A program made the translations under genes and the position numbers. From contig CAYFUG010000002.1 in NCBI GenBank assembly GCA_964346295.1, positions 7,355 to 71,354 of the forward strand: 64,000 bases of DNA. The letters are read 5' to 3'. The notes beneath the pieces were generated by a model. It was not told the DNA's origin. It did not search any database and saw nothing but the letters and a program-made list of their open reading frames with translations. This document shows positions 38,224 to 46,964 of this stretch, one piece after another; positions within the stretch are counted from its first letter, which is position 1, and each line of letters opens with the position of its first letter. This DNA is from an uncultured Bdellovibrionales bacterium (lineage in GTDB: Bacteria; Patescibacteriota; Minisyncoccia; Moranbacterales; DUUL01).

Positions 38224-38796
38224 CTAGGTGGTCGGGTTCCTGGATTTTTCGATAAAATCCCTTATTTTTTCAAACACTTCGTCCTTAGAAAGACTTGTGG
38301 TATCCACTACTAAATCATAATTACTCTCGTCCCAGATATAGACCCCGTAATATTCTTTATATCTTTTGTTGTCAGTTTTTTTGCGCCTCCGGTTAGCCTC
38401 GATGATTTCCTCAATAGAGCCCATAGAGGCATTCTCGTTCTTTCGATTTTCAGATTTTTCCTCTAATTCAATCAAAATTCTCCTAGCTGCTACCTCTTCC
38501 GAGGCTTTTAAGAAGACCTTCAAAGAGTTGGGAATAAGACACCAAGCAAGTCTACTATCAAAAACAACTTCCTCTCCGCTTCTTCCAATTTCTATAGTTC
38601 TTTGATCAATCTCTTGGTCAATAGATTTATCTTTTTCTCCCAATTCTAAGAGCTCTACTAAAGTCATATTCCTCTCTTGGGCCATACTTCTGAAAATTTC
38701 CCCCGTACAAACATACTTCATGCCTAGTTCCTGGGCAATTCTTTTTCCTACAGTGCTTTTTCCAGAGCCATGCTCACCATTAAGTGTAATAATCAT
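38224..38796 (-). CDS. cmk: Cytidylate kinase (type 2/archaeal-like)
   Basis: GEHGSGKST, TGEIFR, DSRLA, RYKEYYG, YDLVVDT. Confidence 0.9.
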   Translation of the reverse strand: MIITLNGEHGSGKSTVGKRIAQELGMKYVCTGEIFRSMAQERNMTLVELLELGEKDKSIDQEIDQRTIEIGRSGEEVVFDSRLAWCLIPNSLKVFLKASEEVAARRILIELEEKSENRKNENASMGSIEEIIEANRRRKKTDNKRYKEYYGVYIWDESNYDLVVDTTSLSKDEVFEKIRDFIEKSRNPTT

Positions 38797-38810
38797 TTGA
38801 ATTTTTATTC

Positions 38811-39521
38811 TTAATCAAATTTAGAAAAATCCTCAAAAACTCTCTCTTCTAGATCTTTACGCCACAGTTTTTTTTGAGTTTCGTAGGCTAAGAAAATTAA
38901 GATTCCCCAGCAACCCACCGCTACTACCGGAACTGACCACTTAAAGTGACTAGTTCCCGTATAGATAACTAGTAATATCACTAAAATAAATACCATTCTT
39001 AACTCGGTAAAGCCAACTCCTAAAAAATTAGGCCGGTAATTCTTCTTCTCAAAAGACTTTACCACTAAAGAATGAAGTGAAAATCCTCCTATCGAAACCA
39101 CCAACAACAAAAACCATAATTCCAACTTACCGGGCGCAATTAAATAACCCGCTAACAATAAAACATTAATAAAAAGGTAATCCAAGAGATAACCTGTGTA
39201 AAAAAACCATCTAACTAGACTAAAGTCCTGCCAATAAGCCTTCTCTCTCCCCCACAAATCAGAGAAGTACTGAAAAATAATCACTACTACTATCCCCCCC
39301 AACCAAAGCAAACTGCTTTGAGCTAAAAAACCAAAAAATCCTGCCAATAGGCTCCAGACCACAGTCATTCCTAATAAATACTGAGGTTCTAGTTTGGCAG
39401 GAATCTTGGTTGCTCCCCACTGAGAAATCTTTTTTTCATAGCGACTCAAAGTAGGACCCCGGGAATCATCTACTTCCCGATCCTGAGAAAATCTTTTTTG
39501 AAAAGCCTCAAATTCCGTCAT
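38811..39521 (-). CDS. CDP-alcohol phosphatidyltransferase-like membrane protein with degenerate motif
   Basis: Fold-like TM pattern and GFTELR; QYFSDLWGR...RWFFYTGYLLD replaces DxxDGxxAR...GxxxDxxxD. Confidence 0.6.
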   Translation of the reverse strand: MTEFEAFQKRFSQDREVDDSRGPTLSRYEKKISQWGATKIPAKLEPQYLLGMTVVWSLLAGFFGFLAQSSLLWLGGIVVVIIFQYFSDLWGREKAYWQDFSLVRWFFYTGYLLDYLFINVLLLAGYLIAPGKLELWFLLLVVSIGGFSLHSLVVKSFEKKNYRPNFLGVGFTELRMVFILVILLVIYTGTSHFKWSVPVVAVGCWGILIFLAYETQKKLWRKDLEERVFEDFSKFD

Positions 39522-39639
39522 ATAGTTGAAAACTAAGAAGTTGAGATTAGAGTCGATCAAAGTCAGTCTTCATTAAAAAATGCTCTTGAGTCAAGAAGTT
39601 AGACTAAATCTTAAAGCAAAGAAACAGCCTGGAAAGTAA

Positions 39640-41043
39640 TTATTCTTCGGTAGCCTCCTTCTCTCCCTCTGGCTTTTCAGAAGCACGCTCCTCTTTAGCA
39701 CCTTCTTTGGCATCTTCTGCTTTCTCCTTCTCTTCTTTTTTAGAGGCGACCTCTTTATTTTCTCCAATAAACTTCAGTCCCATCCGATGTTCACTAGGTT
39801 CCATAGACATAATTTGCCAGAGATACTCTTCGTCGGCTTTGATGATTTCGTCCAAAGCTCGCTGAGGATATTGCGGAAATCCACTAACGTGAGCTAATCC
39901 ATGAATATCTTTGTCTAAGTAAACAAACGCTCCAAAATGATTGATTTTGTGAACCATTCCCACTACTTTTTCTCCTACATTATACTTCTTAGCAGCAGTC
40001 ATCCAAGGATCGTCTTTAAGCACCCTGGTGGAAAGTGAAATTCTAGTGCCATCAATAGAAATAATTTTAGCCTGAACTTTCTCTCCCACCTTAACCACTT
40101 TACGAGGATCTTCAATTAACTGCCAATCTAGTTGGGAAATATGCACCAGACCCTCCAGTTTATCATCTTCTTGAGCCACATCCTGCTTGGAAGGAGGAGC
40201 GAATTTAACAAAAGCTCCAAAGTCAACAATGCCACTAACCTGACCTGTTACGACATCACCTACCTTAAGCTCCGCAATAGCCTCTTTTTCCTTGCCTAAA
40301 TTAGCGGCCTTCTCTGACACAATTAACTTCTCCTCTTCGTCATCCAGATCAAGTATGCAAACGCTCATCTCCGTTCCTATATAACCCCGAAGGATCTCTA
40401 GAATTCGCTGCTTATCACCGTCTTCTACTCGAGGGTAATGTTCTGAAGTTAACTGACTAACCGGCATAAATCCAGTAATTCCGTTGATTTCTACCATCAA
40501 GCCACCCTTATTAGCATCCAATATTTTAGTAATGACAACAGCTTTTTCTTTCATTTTCTGGCGCAAATCCTTCCAAGCCTCTTCTCTGATTGCCTCACTA
40601 ATGGAGAGCTCTACATAACCATCTTCGTTTTCTAAGTCCAAGATAACCGCAATTAGCTTATCTCCAATTTCCAATTTTTTCCGATCTGGACCAAAGCCAT
40701 CTTTAATATCTTTTCCGTAAACAACTCCCGCGCCTAATTTTTCCAAATCCACATAGACTGCCATAGATTCTACTCCCACTACCCGACCTTCTACTTTTTC
40801 TCCTTCTTGAGTTAACTTAACCGGGTATTCTCGCAATAAACGAGCCATTTCTGACTGCTCTTCCCCCTCTTCTTTTTCCTCTTTGTTATTTTTAGCACTG
40901 TCATCCAAGGAATATTCCCCTTCTTCTTGCTCTGTCTCCAAAGAAAAATCCTCGGGGTCTCCCGGAGTAACACCATCCAATAATTGGTCGATTTCCTCTT
41001 CTATGGCTACTTTCTTTGTAGCCGTTTTGGTTTGATCTGACAT
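39640..41043 (-). CDS. rpsA: 30S ribosomal protein S1 (four S1 domains)
   Basis: NKGGLMV...GFMPVSQL, DFGAFV, EGLVHISQL, RISLS. Confidence 0.93.
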   Translation of the reverse strand: MSDQTKTATKKVAIEEEIDQLLDGVTPGDPEDFSLETEQEEGEYSLDDSAKNNKEEKEEGEEQSEMARLLREYPVKLTQEGEKVEGRVVGVESMAVYVDLEKLGAGVVYGKDIKDGFGPDRKKLEIGDKLIAVILDLENEDGYVELSISEAIREEAWKDLRQKMKEKAVVITKILDANKGGLMVEINGITGFMPVSQLTSEHYPRVEDGDKQRILEILRGYIGTEMSVCILDLDDEEEKLIVSEKAANLGKEKEAIAELKVGDVVTGQVSGIVDFGAFVKFAPPSKQDVAQEDDKLEGLVHISQLDWQLIEDPRKVVKVGEKVQAKIISIDGTRISLSTRVLKDDPWMTAAKKYNVGEKVVGMVHKINHFGAFVYLDKDIHGLAHVSGFPQYPQRALDEIIKADEEYLWQIMSMEPSEHRMGLKFIGENKEVASKKEEKEKAEDAKEGAKEERASEKPEGEKEATEE

Positions 41044-41050
41044 AATTAGA

Positions 41051-41194
41051 AACGAGACAATAAAGAACTCCGTCCTCCTGGATTCTTTTTCGCCTTATTA
41101 AAACTTTTAACTTAGTTTAAATTTCACAAGCAAGTCTTAATTTATAAAACAAAAAAGCCTCCCGGAGAGGTTTCCTAGTTCCGTCTATCTCGTT
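41051..41194 (-). promoter_or_regulatory. Structured rpsA 5' leader candidate containing a terminator-like hairpin
   Basis: AACGAGATAG..GGAACT pairs with AGTTCT..TTGTCTCGTT (G-U on the minus strand); internal CCTC-TCCGG-GAGG followed by C and a T run. Confidence 0.4.
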
Positions 41195-41349
41195 AGGTTA
41201 ATGATTAAATTAGAAATTAGAGAGACTAAAATAAATCCTCTAGGTAGAGATTAATTTATCACCCTTACAATAAAAAGTCAATTCCAAGTAAAGTTGCTGC
41301 TAATCCCAAAAACTATCTAGAGATTCCTCAAAAAAGCAAGCTCGGGTCA

Positions 41350-42474
41350 CTAATTTTTCGCTAAATCTTGCAAAATTACAATCCCTTTCTTTAAATCCTC
41401 CTTTCGAGAAGCCAAAGAAATCCTAAAGTAGCCGGCCTTTTTAGAGAAAACCTCCCCCGGGACAATCAAAACCTTGCGATCCAGTAATTGCTGCACTAAA
41501 TCTGGCTGATTCTCCGGAATTTTAATCCAGACATAAAAAGCCCCTTCTGGATAAGCTAGCTGATAGTGATCCTGGAGGCCCTGATAAATCGAATCTCGCC
41601 GCCGCCGATATTCCGCCACTTCCTTCTCAATTCCTACCTGATCCCAAGCTTCCACCAAAGCCTTTTGAGCCATGCTAGGCGCACACACAAAAGAGTATTG
41701 TTGCAGCTTAGCCATTTGTTCAATCACTGTTTCTGGGGCGTGCGCAAAGCCCACTCGCCAACCAGGAATCGCCAAGCTCTTAGAAAAACCTCCTAAAGTG
41801 ATGGTCTCAGGGTAAATGCTCCCAATAGAAAAAAACTTTTGGTCGTAATCAAACTTTTCGTAAATCTCATCGGAGAGAATCATTAATTGATGTTGCTGGG
41901 CCACTGCCGCCACCGCCCCTAGCTCCCCTTGAGAATACACCGCTCCCGTGGGGTTATTAGGGGAATTCAGCAACAGCAACTTGGTTTTAGAGGTGATTAA
42001 CTTTTCTAAATCTTGAGCCTCTAAATGAAAATTACTGCCGTAAGTATCCCACAGCACCACTTTGACGCCTAAAAAATCCAAGAGTTGTTTATAGAGGACA
42101 AAATAAGGATCTGGCACAATCACTTCGTCTCCCGGATTCAGCAACATCCCAAAGGCCAGCAATAGACCTCCCGAAGTCCCCGAGGTTACTATAATTTCTT
42201 CTGGTTGAGCTTTGATTCCGTTTTCTACTTGAAGCTTTTTTGCGATTTTAGCCCGCAATTCTGGCAATCCCGCAGTGGGGGCATAGCCGTTAAAATCGTC
42301 CTGGATCGCCGCTTGAGCCGCCTTCTTTAGCGCTGGAGAAGCAGCAAAATCCGGCTGACCAATGGAGAGATTGACCCACTCCCCCGGCTTAGAACCAGCC
42401 GCCAAAGCAAACATCTTCCGGATCCCAGAAGGCTCCATTCGGCCAATGGATTGAGAAAAATTAAAATCCTCCAT
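41350..42474 (-). CDS. PLP-dependent class I/II aminotransferase
   Basis: NLSIGQPDF, NSPNNPTG, SDEIY, GFSKSLAIPGWRVG. Confidence 0.95.
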   Translation of the reverse strand: MEDFNFSQSIGRMEPSGIRKMFALAAGSKPGEWVNLSIGQPDFAASPALKKAAQAAIQDDFNGYAPTAGLPELRAKIAKKLQVENGIKAQPEEIIVTSGTSGGLLLAFGMLLNPGDEVIVPDPYFVLYKQLLDFLGVKVVLWDTYGSNFHLEAQDLEKLITSKTKLLLLNSPNNPTGAVYSQGELGAVAAVAQQHQLMILSDEIYEKFDYDQKFFSIGSIYPETITLGGFSKSLAIPGWRVGFAHAPETVIEQMAKLQQYSFVCAPSMAQKALVEAWDQVGIEKEVAEYRRRRDSIYQGLQDHYQLAYPEGAFYVWIKIPENQPDLVQQLLDRKVLIVPGEVFSKKAGYFRISLASRKEDLKKGIVILQDLAKN

Positions 42475-42582
42475 ATTTTTAATTTAATAGAATTACCAAA
42501 ATAAAAACCGCCTGTCATTCCAAACTTCTTGCCAGATCTTCTGAAAGAAAACTCTAAGATTCTGAATCGGTCCCTAAAAAAT

Positions 42583-42610
42583 TTGACATTTAGTCTCTTT
42601 GTTCTATAAT
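42583..42610 (+). promoter_or_regulatory. Consensus sigma70 promoter with no downstream ORF
   Basis: TTGACA-N16-TATAAT. Confidence 0.75.
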
Positions 42611-42616
42611 TCAAGT

Positions 42617-42692
42617 ACAAATCGCTTCCCCCAGTTTACTCCGACTGGAAGCTCCGAGACCTCCGTTCCTCCGGGAATGGGGGTCGTTTATT
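42617..42692 (+). ncRNA. Candidate small RNA convergent with the PemK/MazF gene
   Basis: Hairpin 1 GCTT-CC-CCAGT/ACTGG-AAGC; hairpin 2 GACCTCCGTTCC-TCCG-GGAATGGGGGTC (12 bp, 2 G-U, cUNCGg loop), then GTTTATT. Confidence 0.6.
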
Positions 42693-42697
42693 AGTGG

Positions 42698-42820
42698 AGG
42701 AATTACGCATTTGGAAAATTTCGTTGTTACAAGCTGCGTTTAGCGCTCACCGTACCCTTCAGTACGCCTCCCGCTAAGCCTCGCTTGCGCCTAGTAATTT
42801 CCTCAAATCCGTAATCCCTA
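42698..42820 (-). repeat. Family A palindromic element (only copy in the opposite orientation)
   Basis: TIR AGGAATTACGCATTTG/CAAATCCGTAATCCCT; minus strand CGTACTGAAGGGTACGGTGAG..AAACGCAGCTTGTAACAACGAAATTT. Confidence 0.85.
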
Positions 42821-42865
42821 GGCTATACATCAGCGAGCGACCATTGAAGGCTATAATTATTAAGT

Positions 42866-42887
42866 ACCCCGCCTTGACGGGGTTTTG
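42866..42887 (+). terminator. GC hairpin with short U tract
   Basis: ACCCCG-CCTTGA-CGGGGT-TTT. Confidence 0.5.
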
Positions 42888-42979
42888 CTTCCTATAAACA
42901 ACACTCATCCATAGACTCTATCCTACCCGACCTCTAGCTACTCCTAATTTGCCTTTTGAGTTTTATCTTTTGAGCTTTC

Positions 42980-43375
42980 CTAGAATCCCAGCAACCTAGC
43001 CAACCCAGCTTTCACTTCATTAAATTCCCCCCGGTTAATCTTAGAAATCTTTCGTAGCAGTCGCTTGCTACTCAAAGCCCGCAATTGCGACAAAATCACT
43101 TGGTAACCTTCTTTTTCGTAAGTGATCGGTTGGTAATACCGCCCTTGTTTTTGCTGGCTAGTCACCGGCAACCCCCAAAAGAGATTATGATTAAATTTTT
43201 TCAATATCAAAACCGGCCGCTCAAATTTATCGTGCTTGCCATCTTGCTCATGGCCAATATTAACGCCTAGGCTACTCCACCAAATTTCTCGCTCCTTAAA
43301 ATAAAGCTTTTCCTTGCGCTTAACCCCATGCAACTGCTTTTTTTGCTTATTCCAAGTATCAAAATCTTTTTTCAT
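42980..43375 (-). CDS. PemK/MazF-family endoribonuclease toxin (no adjacent protein antitoxin)
   Basis: REIWWSSLGVNIGHEQDGK...RPVLILKK...LPVTS...LSQLRALSSKRL. Confidence 0.88.
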   Translation of the reverse strand: MKKDFDTWNKQKKQLHGVKRKEKLYFKEREIWWSSLGVNIGHEQDGKHDKFERPVLILKKFNHNLFWGLPVTSQQKQGRYYQPITYEKEGYQVILSQLRALSSKRLLRKISKINRGEFNEVKAGLARLLGF

Positions 43376-43434
43376 TTTATTAAAGTCTTATTTTAAAACA
43401 GTTTCCAATACAGACTCGCTGTCGTAAACTTACT

Positions 43435-43471
43435 GTCATTCCGGAATTTCCACGGGAAATATCCGGAATCT
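43435..43471. repeat. GTCATTCC-type REP-like palindrome
   Basis: GTCATTCCGGAATTTCCACGGGAAATATCCGGAATCT; the same CTGTCATTCC start occurs at 42512. Confidence 0.65.
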
Positions 43472-43493
43472 TAGTTAAATAAATAACAAATAT

Positions 43494-43730
43494 TTAACTC
43501 AAAACAGTTCCAATTTCTTCCTGAAATATCCCTGCCAATAAAACCAACCAAATAACTAAACTGATCAAAAACAACCCTACAGCAAAAAGAACTTTCCTCC
43601 AAGAACTTAAGCCCCTGATTTTCTTCTTGAAAGTAAATAATAAAACAACAAAAAGTACCAATGTTGGAGACAAAAGAAGCCCGATTCCAAAAAGTATAGG
43701 CCCTCCAGAATGCCCAAAATCTGCTATCAT
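43494..43730 (-). CDS. Small 2-TM membrane protein
   Basis: 78 aa; paralog of 44391..44642. Confidence 0.7.
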   Translation of the reverse strand: MIADFGHSGGPILFGIGLLLSPTLVLFVVLLFTFKKKIRGLSSWRKVLFAVGLFLISLVIWLVLLAGIFQEEIGTVLS

Positions 43731-43771
43731 AATCTTGTCTTATTTATTTAAAATTGTTTTGAAATTCAAAA

Positions 43772-44386
43772 CTAGAAATTACCAAGAAAGTCTCTTGCCT
43801 TCCTTAGCGCCCTTCCTCGGTGGCTAACTTGATCCTTTTCCTGGAGAGTAATCTCCGCCTCCGTTTTATCTAGAGAGGGAAGATAGAACACCGGATCATA
43901 ACCGAATCCACCTGTCCCCCGCGGCTCTGTTGCAATTTGACCTTCGTTCACCCCTCGCCAAGTTCGGGCTTGTTCTTTCTGAGGATCATACACCGCTACC
44001 ACCGCCACAAAACGCGCCGTGCGTTCTTTTTCTGGCACATCCTTCAACTCCTTTAGGAGTTTTCGATAACGATCCTCGTCACTCCCCGCACAATACCGCG
44101 CTGAATAAACTCCCGGTCGCCCGCCCAAAGCATCCACCTCCAAACCAGAGTCATCTGCCAGAGTCAGCATCCCAAATCGATTGCCTAAAATAATCGCCTT
44201 GATCAAAGCATTGCCTTCGAAAGTCTCCGCCGTCTCTTCTACTTCCAGCTCCTCCGGGGCAACTCTTCTCCCCAAAAACTCGCCCAGATCCGCCAGGCTC
44301 ACCAATTCCAAATCCAAGCCCTTCAAAGCCTCTCTGATTTCTATCACCTTACCCTTGTTTTGAGTCGCGATTAGTAACTTTCTCAT
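43772..44386 (-). CDS. rdgB: dITP/XTP pyrophosphatase (Ham1)
   Basis: ATQNKGK, ADDSGL, PGVYSAR, GFGYDP, SHRGRA. Confidence 0.97.
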   Translation of the reverse strand: MRKLLIATQNKGKVIEIREALKGLDLELVSLADLGEFLGRRVAPEELEVEETAETFEGNALIKAIILGNRFGMLTLADDSGLEVDALGGRPGVYSARYCAGSDEDRYRKLLKELKDVPEKERTARFVAVVAVYDPQKEQARTWRGVNEGQIATEPRGTGGFGYDPVFYLPSLDKTEAEITLQEKDQVSHRGRALRKARDFLGNF

Positions 44387-44390
44387 AGTC

Positions 44391-44642
44391 CTAAACACCA
44401 CAAAGCATAAGCCCTACTGCTAAAAATATCCAACTAATAAAACTAAGGACATAGAACCCCGCTCCCAATAATAACTTCTTCCAGAAAACTAGAGCTTTAA
44501 GCTTCTCCTTGAAAATAATCAATAAAATAGCAAAAATAACCAAGGGAGGTAAAAACAAAAGTGCCAACAAAAAAAATACATAAGACTGGGGCCCAGCCAA
44601 GGCTGAACAACCTCCAATAATTTTTGAACAATCTCCAATCAT
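44391..44642 (-). CDS. Small 2-TM membrane protein
   Basis: 83 aa; P.LV.F..LL..FK.K...L..W.K.L pattern shared with 43494..43730. Confidence 0.7.
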   Translation of the reverse strand: MIGDCSKIIGGCSALAGPQSYVFFLLALLFLPPLVIFAILLIIFKEKLKALVFWKKLLLGAGFYVLSFISWIFLAVGLMLCGV

Positions 44643-44780
44643 TTTTCTTTGAATTAAAAATCGAATTAGTTACTAAAGAACGCTCTAAAACCAATTCAGA
44701 GCTACCAAGCATGGGGGCAACCAAAATCTGCTATCATCTTACCCTTGCTTTAATTAATTTAAAATTTAAAATTTAAAAAT

Positions 44781-45803
44781 CTATTTCTGCCGTCTTTTCG
44801 CCTCCTCAAAAACAATCCGATAAAACTCCTTGAGAAACTCCTCCGGTAGCTTAGTTTGCTTTTTCCGATTCTCAATAATCGCCTGCTCCCTTCTAGGATC
44901 AAACACCGAAATCCCCTCCTTCTTTTTAATTTTCCCTATTTTTTCTGCCACTTTAAAACGCTCTTCTAGTAGACTTAAGATTTGGCCGTCTAGATAGTCA
45001 ATTAAGGCTCGCTCCCGAGCAAACTGGCCTCGAGTCAACCTTTTTTTAAGCAACATTCGATTAACTTGATGAACCTTCTTGAGAAAATTCTTCCTCGTTT
45101 TTTCGCCGTAAGGATTACGATTCTGCAAATCACAAAACAACTCGTCACTATTGTTGACCACAAAAGGCAACAAACCCTGCAAATGCCGATAGCCCAAAGT
45201 GGTGACATCTACCTCTTTGAGAGGCATTTTTTGCAAAATCTTACCCACAAACTGAGCCAAAACTTGACTATGAGCCGCCTGCTGATCATGCTTTTGGGGC
45301 GTCTGAATCAGCACTTTAAGCCCCGCCCTTTTTAGGCCTTGGCTAATTTGATCTAAAAGTTTTTTTTGAATCCGCACCGGGCAAAGCACCACCTTGAGAC
45401 CTTTTAGTCCTTCGTTGATTTGGTAACTATCCCGCCCCCAGGTAGGGTGGGTGGCCAGTAGCTCCACTTCGGGGCCAAAATGAGCTTGCATCGCGCGAGC
45501 CGGTTCCACTTTTACCGAGCAAACATCTACCACCAAAGTACCAGAGTTTACCAAGGGCGCTATTTTCTTCACTACTCCCTCAAATTTGCCAATCGGCACC
45601 GCCAAAATCACCCCCTCACAAGCCGCTACTTCTTTGAGGCTAGCAGGAATCAAACTGGACTTAGTCAAACGCTTCTGATCAAGATGAGAGTCGAACACTA
45701 AAATCTCCTCAAAATAATCCGCTAAAATCTCTCCCACCAGAGAGCCAAAAGTACCAAACCCTACGATTCCAATTTTAGTTTGAGGGGTAATTTTATTTAG
45801 CAA
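44781..45803 (-). CDS. tyrA: Prephenate dehydrogenase with C-terminal chorismate mutase (AroQ) domain
   Basis: GFGTFG, DVCSVK, THP, HD; C-terminal RALIDYLDGQILSLLEERF...K...DPRRE. Confidence 0.9.
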   Translation of the reverse strand: MLNKITPQTKIGIVGFGTFGSLVGEILADYFEEILVFDSHLDQKRLTKSSLIPASLKEVAACEGVILAVPIGKFEGVVKKIAPLVNSGTLVVDVCSVKVEPARAMQAHFGPEVELLATHPTWGRDSYQINEGLKGLKVVLCPVRIQKKLLDQISQGLKRAGLKVLIQTPQKHDQQAAHSQVLAQFVGKILQKMPLKEVDVTTLGYRHLQGLLPFVVNNSDELFCDLQNRNPYGEKTRKNFLKKVHQVNRMLLKKRLTRGQFARERALIDYLDGQILSLLEERFKVAEKIGKIKKKEGISVFDPRREQAIIENRKKQTKLPEEFLKEFYRIVFEEAKRRQK

Positions 45804-45819
45804 AACTTGAAATTAACTC

Positions 45820-46236
45820 TTAAACATTGAATTCCCTCTCTATCTCGCTTTCTATCCTCTCAATTCTTTGCATTATTTCCTGCTGCCCCTCTCCTCCTTC
45901 AGTTGCCTCCCTTGCTTCCTCCTTCGCCTTCTTCATTGTCCTGAGGAGTTCCTCTAGTTTAGCAATGACACTTTCGATTTTCTTTTTTTCGGCCCTGACT
46001 CTTGCAATTTCTCTTTCCAAGCTGTCTCTGTCTGTTAGGTTTCCCGCATGCCCTAAAGCAAATTCAATCCCTCCGATTTCCTCATTAATATCAACCAGTG
46101 GTCTCAGCCTGCTTTGAGCAAGGGAAATTTTTTCCTTGATTCTATCTACCGTAAGACTGATTCCCGCATAACCAACCTTGAACATTATTTCACCTTCCCT
46201 TGGCCTCCTCCTCTTTTCAACAGGAATTTTTTCCAT
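45820..46236 (-). CDS. Hypothetical coiled-coil protein
   Basis: 138 aa, Glu/Arg/Lys-rich, between pheA and tyrA. Confidence 0.65.
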   Translation of the reverse strand: MEKIPVEKRRRPREGEIMFKVGYAGISLTVDRIKEKISLAQSRLRPLVDINEEIGGIEFALGHAGNLTDRDSLEREIARVRAEKKKIESVIAKLEELLRTMKKAKEEAREATEGGEGQQEIMQRIERIESEIEREFNV

Positions 46237-46242
46237 AAAAAA

Positions 46243-46830
46243 TTATTTTCTAGCTACTATAAAAGTAGTAAAGTTAAACTTCAAGTCCTGAATGCGCTCT
46301 TCTAGTAACTCCAAGCTGTAAAGCTCGGAGCAAATCCGAGGCGCGATCACCGCGCAGGTAGGCGCCAAATCACCCTCTTTCAAGGCCTTGGCAGCACTGG
46401 CAGTATCAGAATATTCCTCTAGCTCCACTTCTGGCCACTTCCGTCGCAAATACATCCGGCACTGCTTCAGTGCCTGCGGATGAGAAACAATCTTTTCAAT
46501 CGCACTACTCCGAGTAGCCGGCAAAACATGCAAGTTCATCTGAATATCAATCTCGAAAATTTTCTCGATCTCAAAAGTATGCCGACTCATAGAATAGACC
46601 GCCTCGTAAACAATTCCTCCGTTAGAATTTTCAATCGGAAAAACCGCCTGATCCACCTCACCCTTGTCCAGCGCCGTCAGAGCATTTTCTGAATTAAGCC
46701 AGTAACTCAATTCAAACTCATTCTGCGCAACTCCCTCCTTTTCACAATAATAATTAGCCGCCTCTTCGGAAAAGCTTCCTCGATTCCCCGAAACCCCAAT
46801 TTTAAGCTTATTTTTTTTAGTCATAACCAA
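46243..46830 (-). CDS. pheA: Prephenate dehydratase, catalytic domain only (no ACT)
   Basis: GSFSEEAA, PIENSNGG, SHPQALKQC, DTASAA, NFTTF, then stop. Confidence 0.9.
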   Translation of the reverse strand: MVMTKKNKLKIGVSGNRGSFSEEAANYYCEKEGVAQNEFELSYWLNSENALTALDKGEVDQAVFPIENSNGGIVYEAVYSMSRHTFEIEKIFEIDIQMNLHVLPATRSSAIEKIVSHPQALKQCRMYLRRKWPEVELEEYSDTASAAKALKEGDLAPTCAVIAPRICSELYSLELLEERIQDLKFNFTTFIVARK

Positions 46831-46898
46831 TATTAAGAAATTTTACTTAAATAGAGCTATCACAGGAGCAAGGCCCTGCTTCAATTTTGACAACCCTA

Positions 46899-46963
46899 AG
46901 ACTTTCTGAGTTTTATTTTGTTTAAATTTAGATCTTTCAAAATTTTCAAAATTTGAAATCCCT
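46899..46963 (+). repeat. Internally deleted family A element after the clpP stop
   Basis: CAAAATTTTCAAAATTTGAAATCCCT nearly identical to the end of the 47711 copy. Confidence 0.5.
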
Positions 46964-46964
46964 C

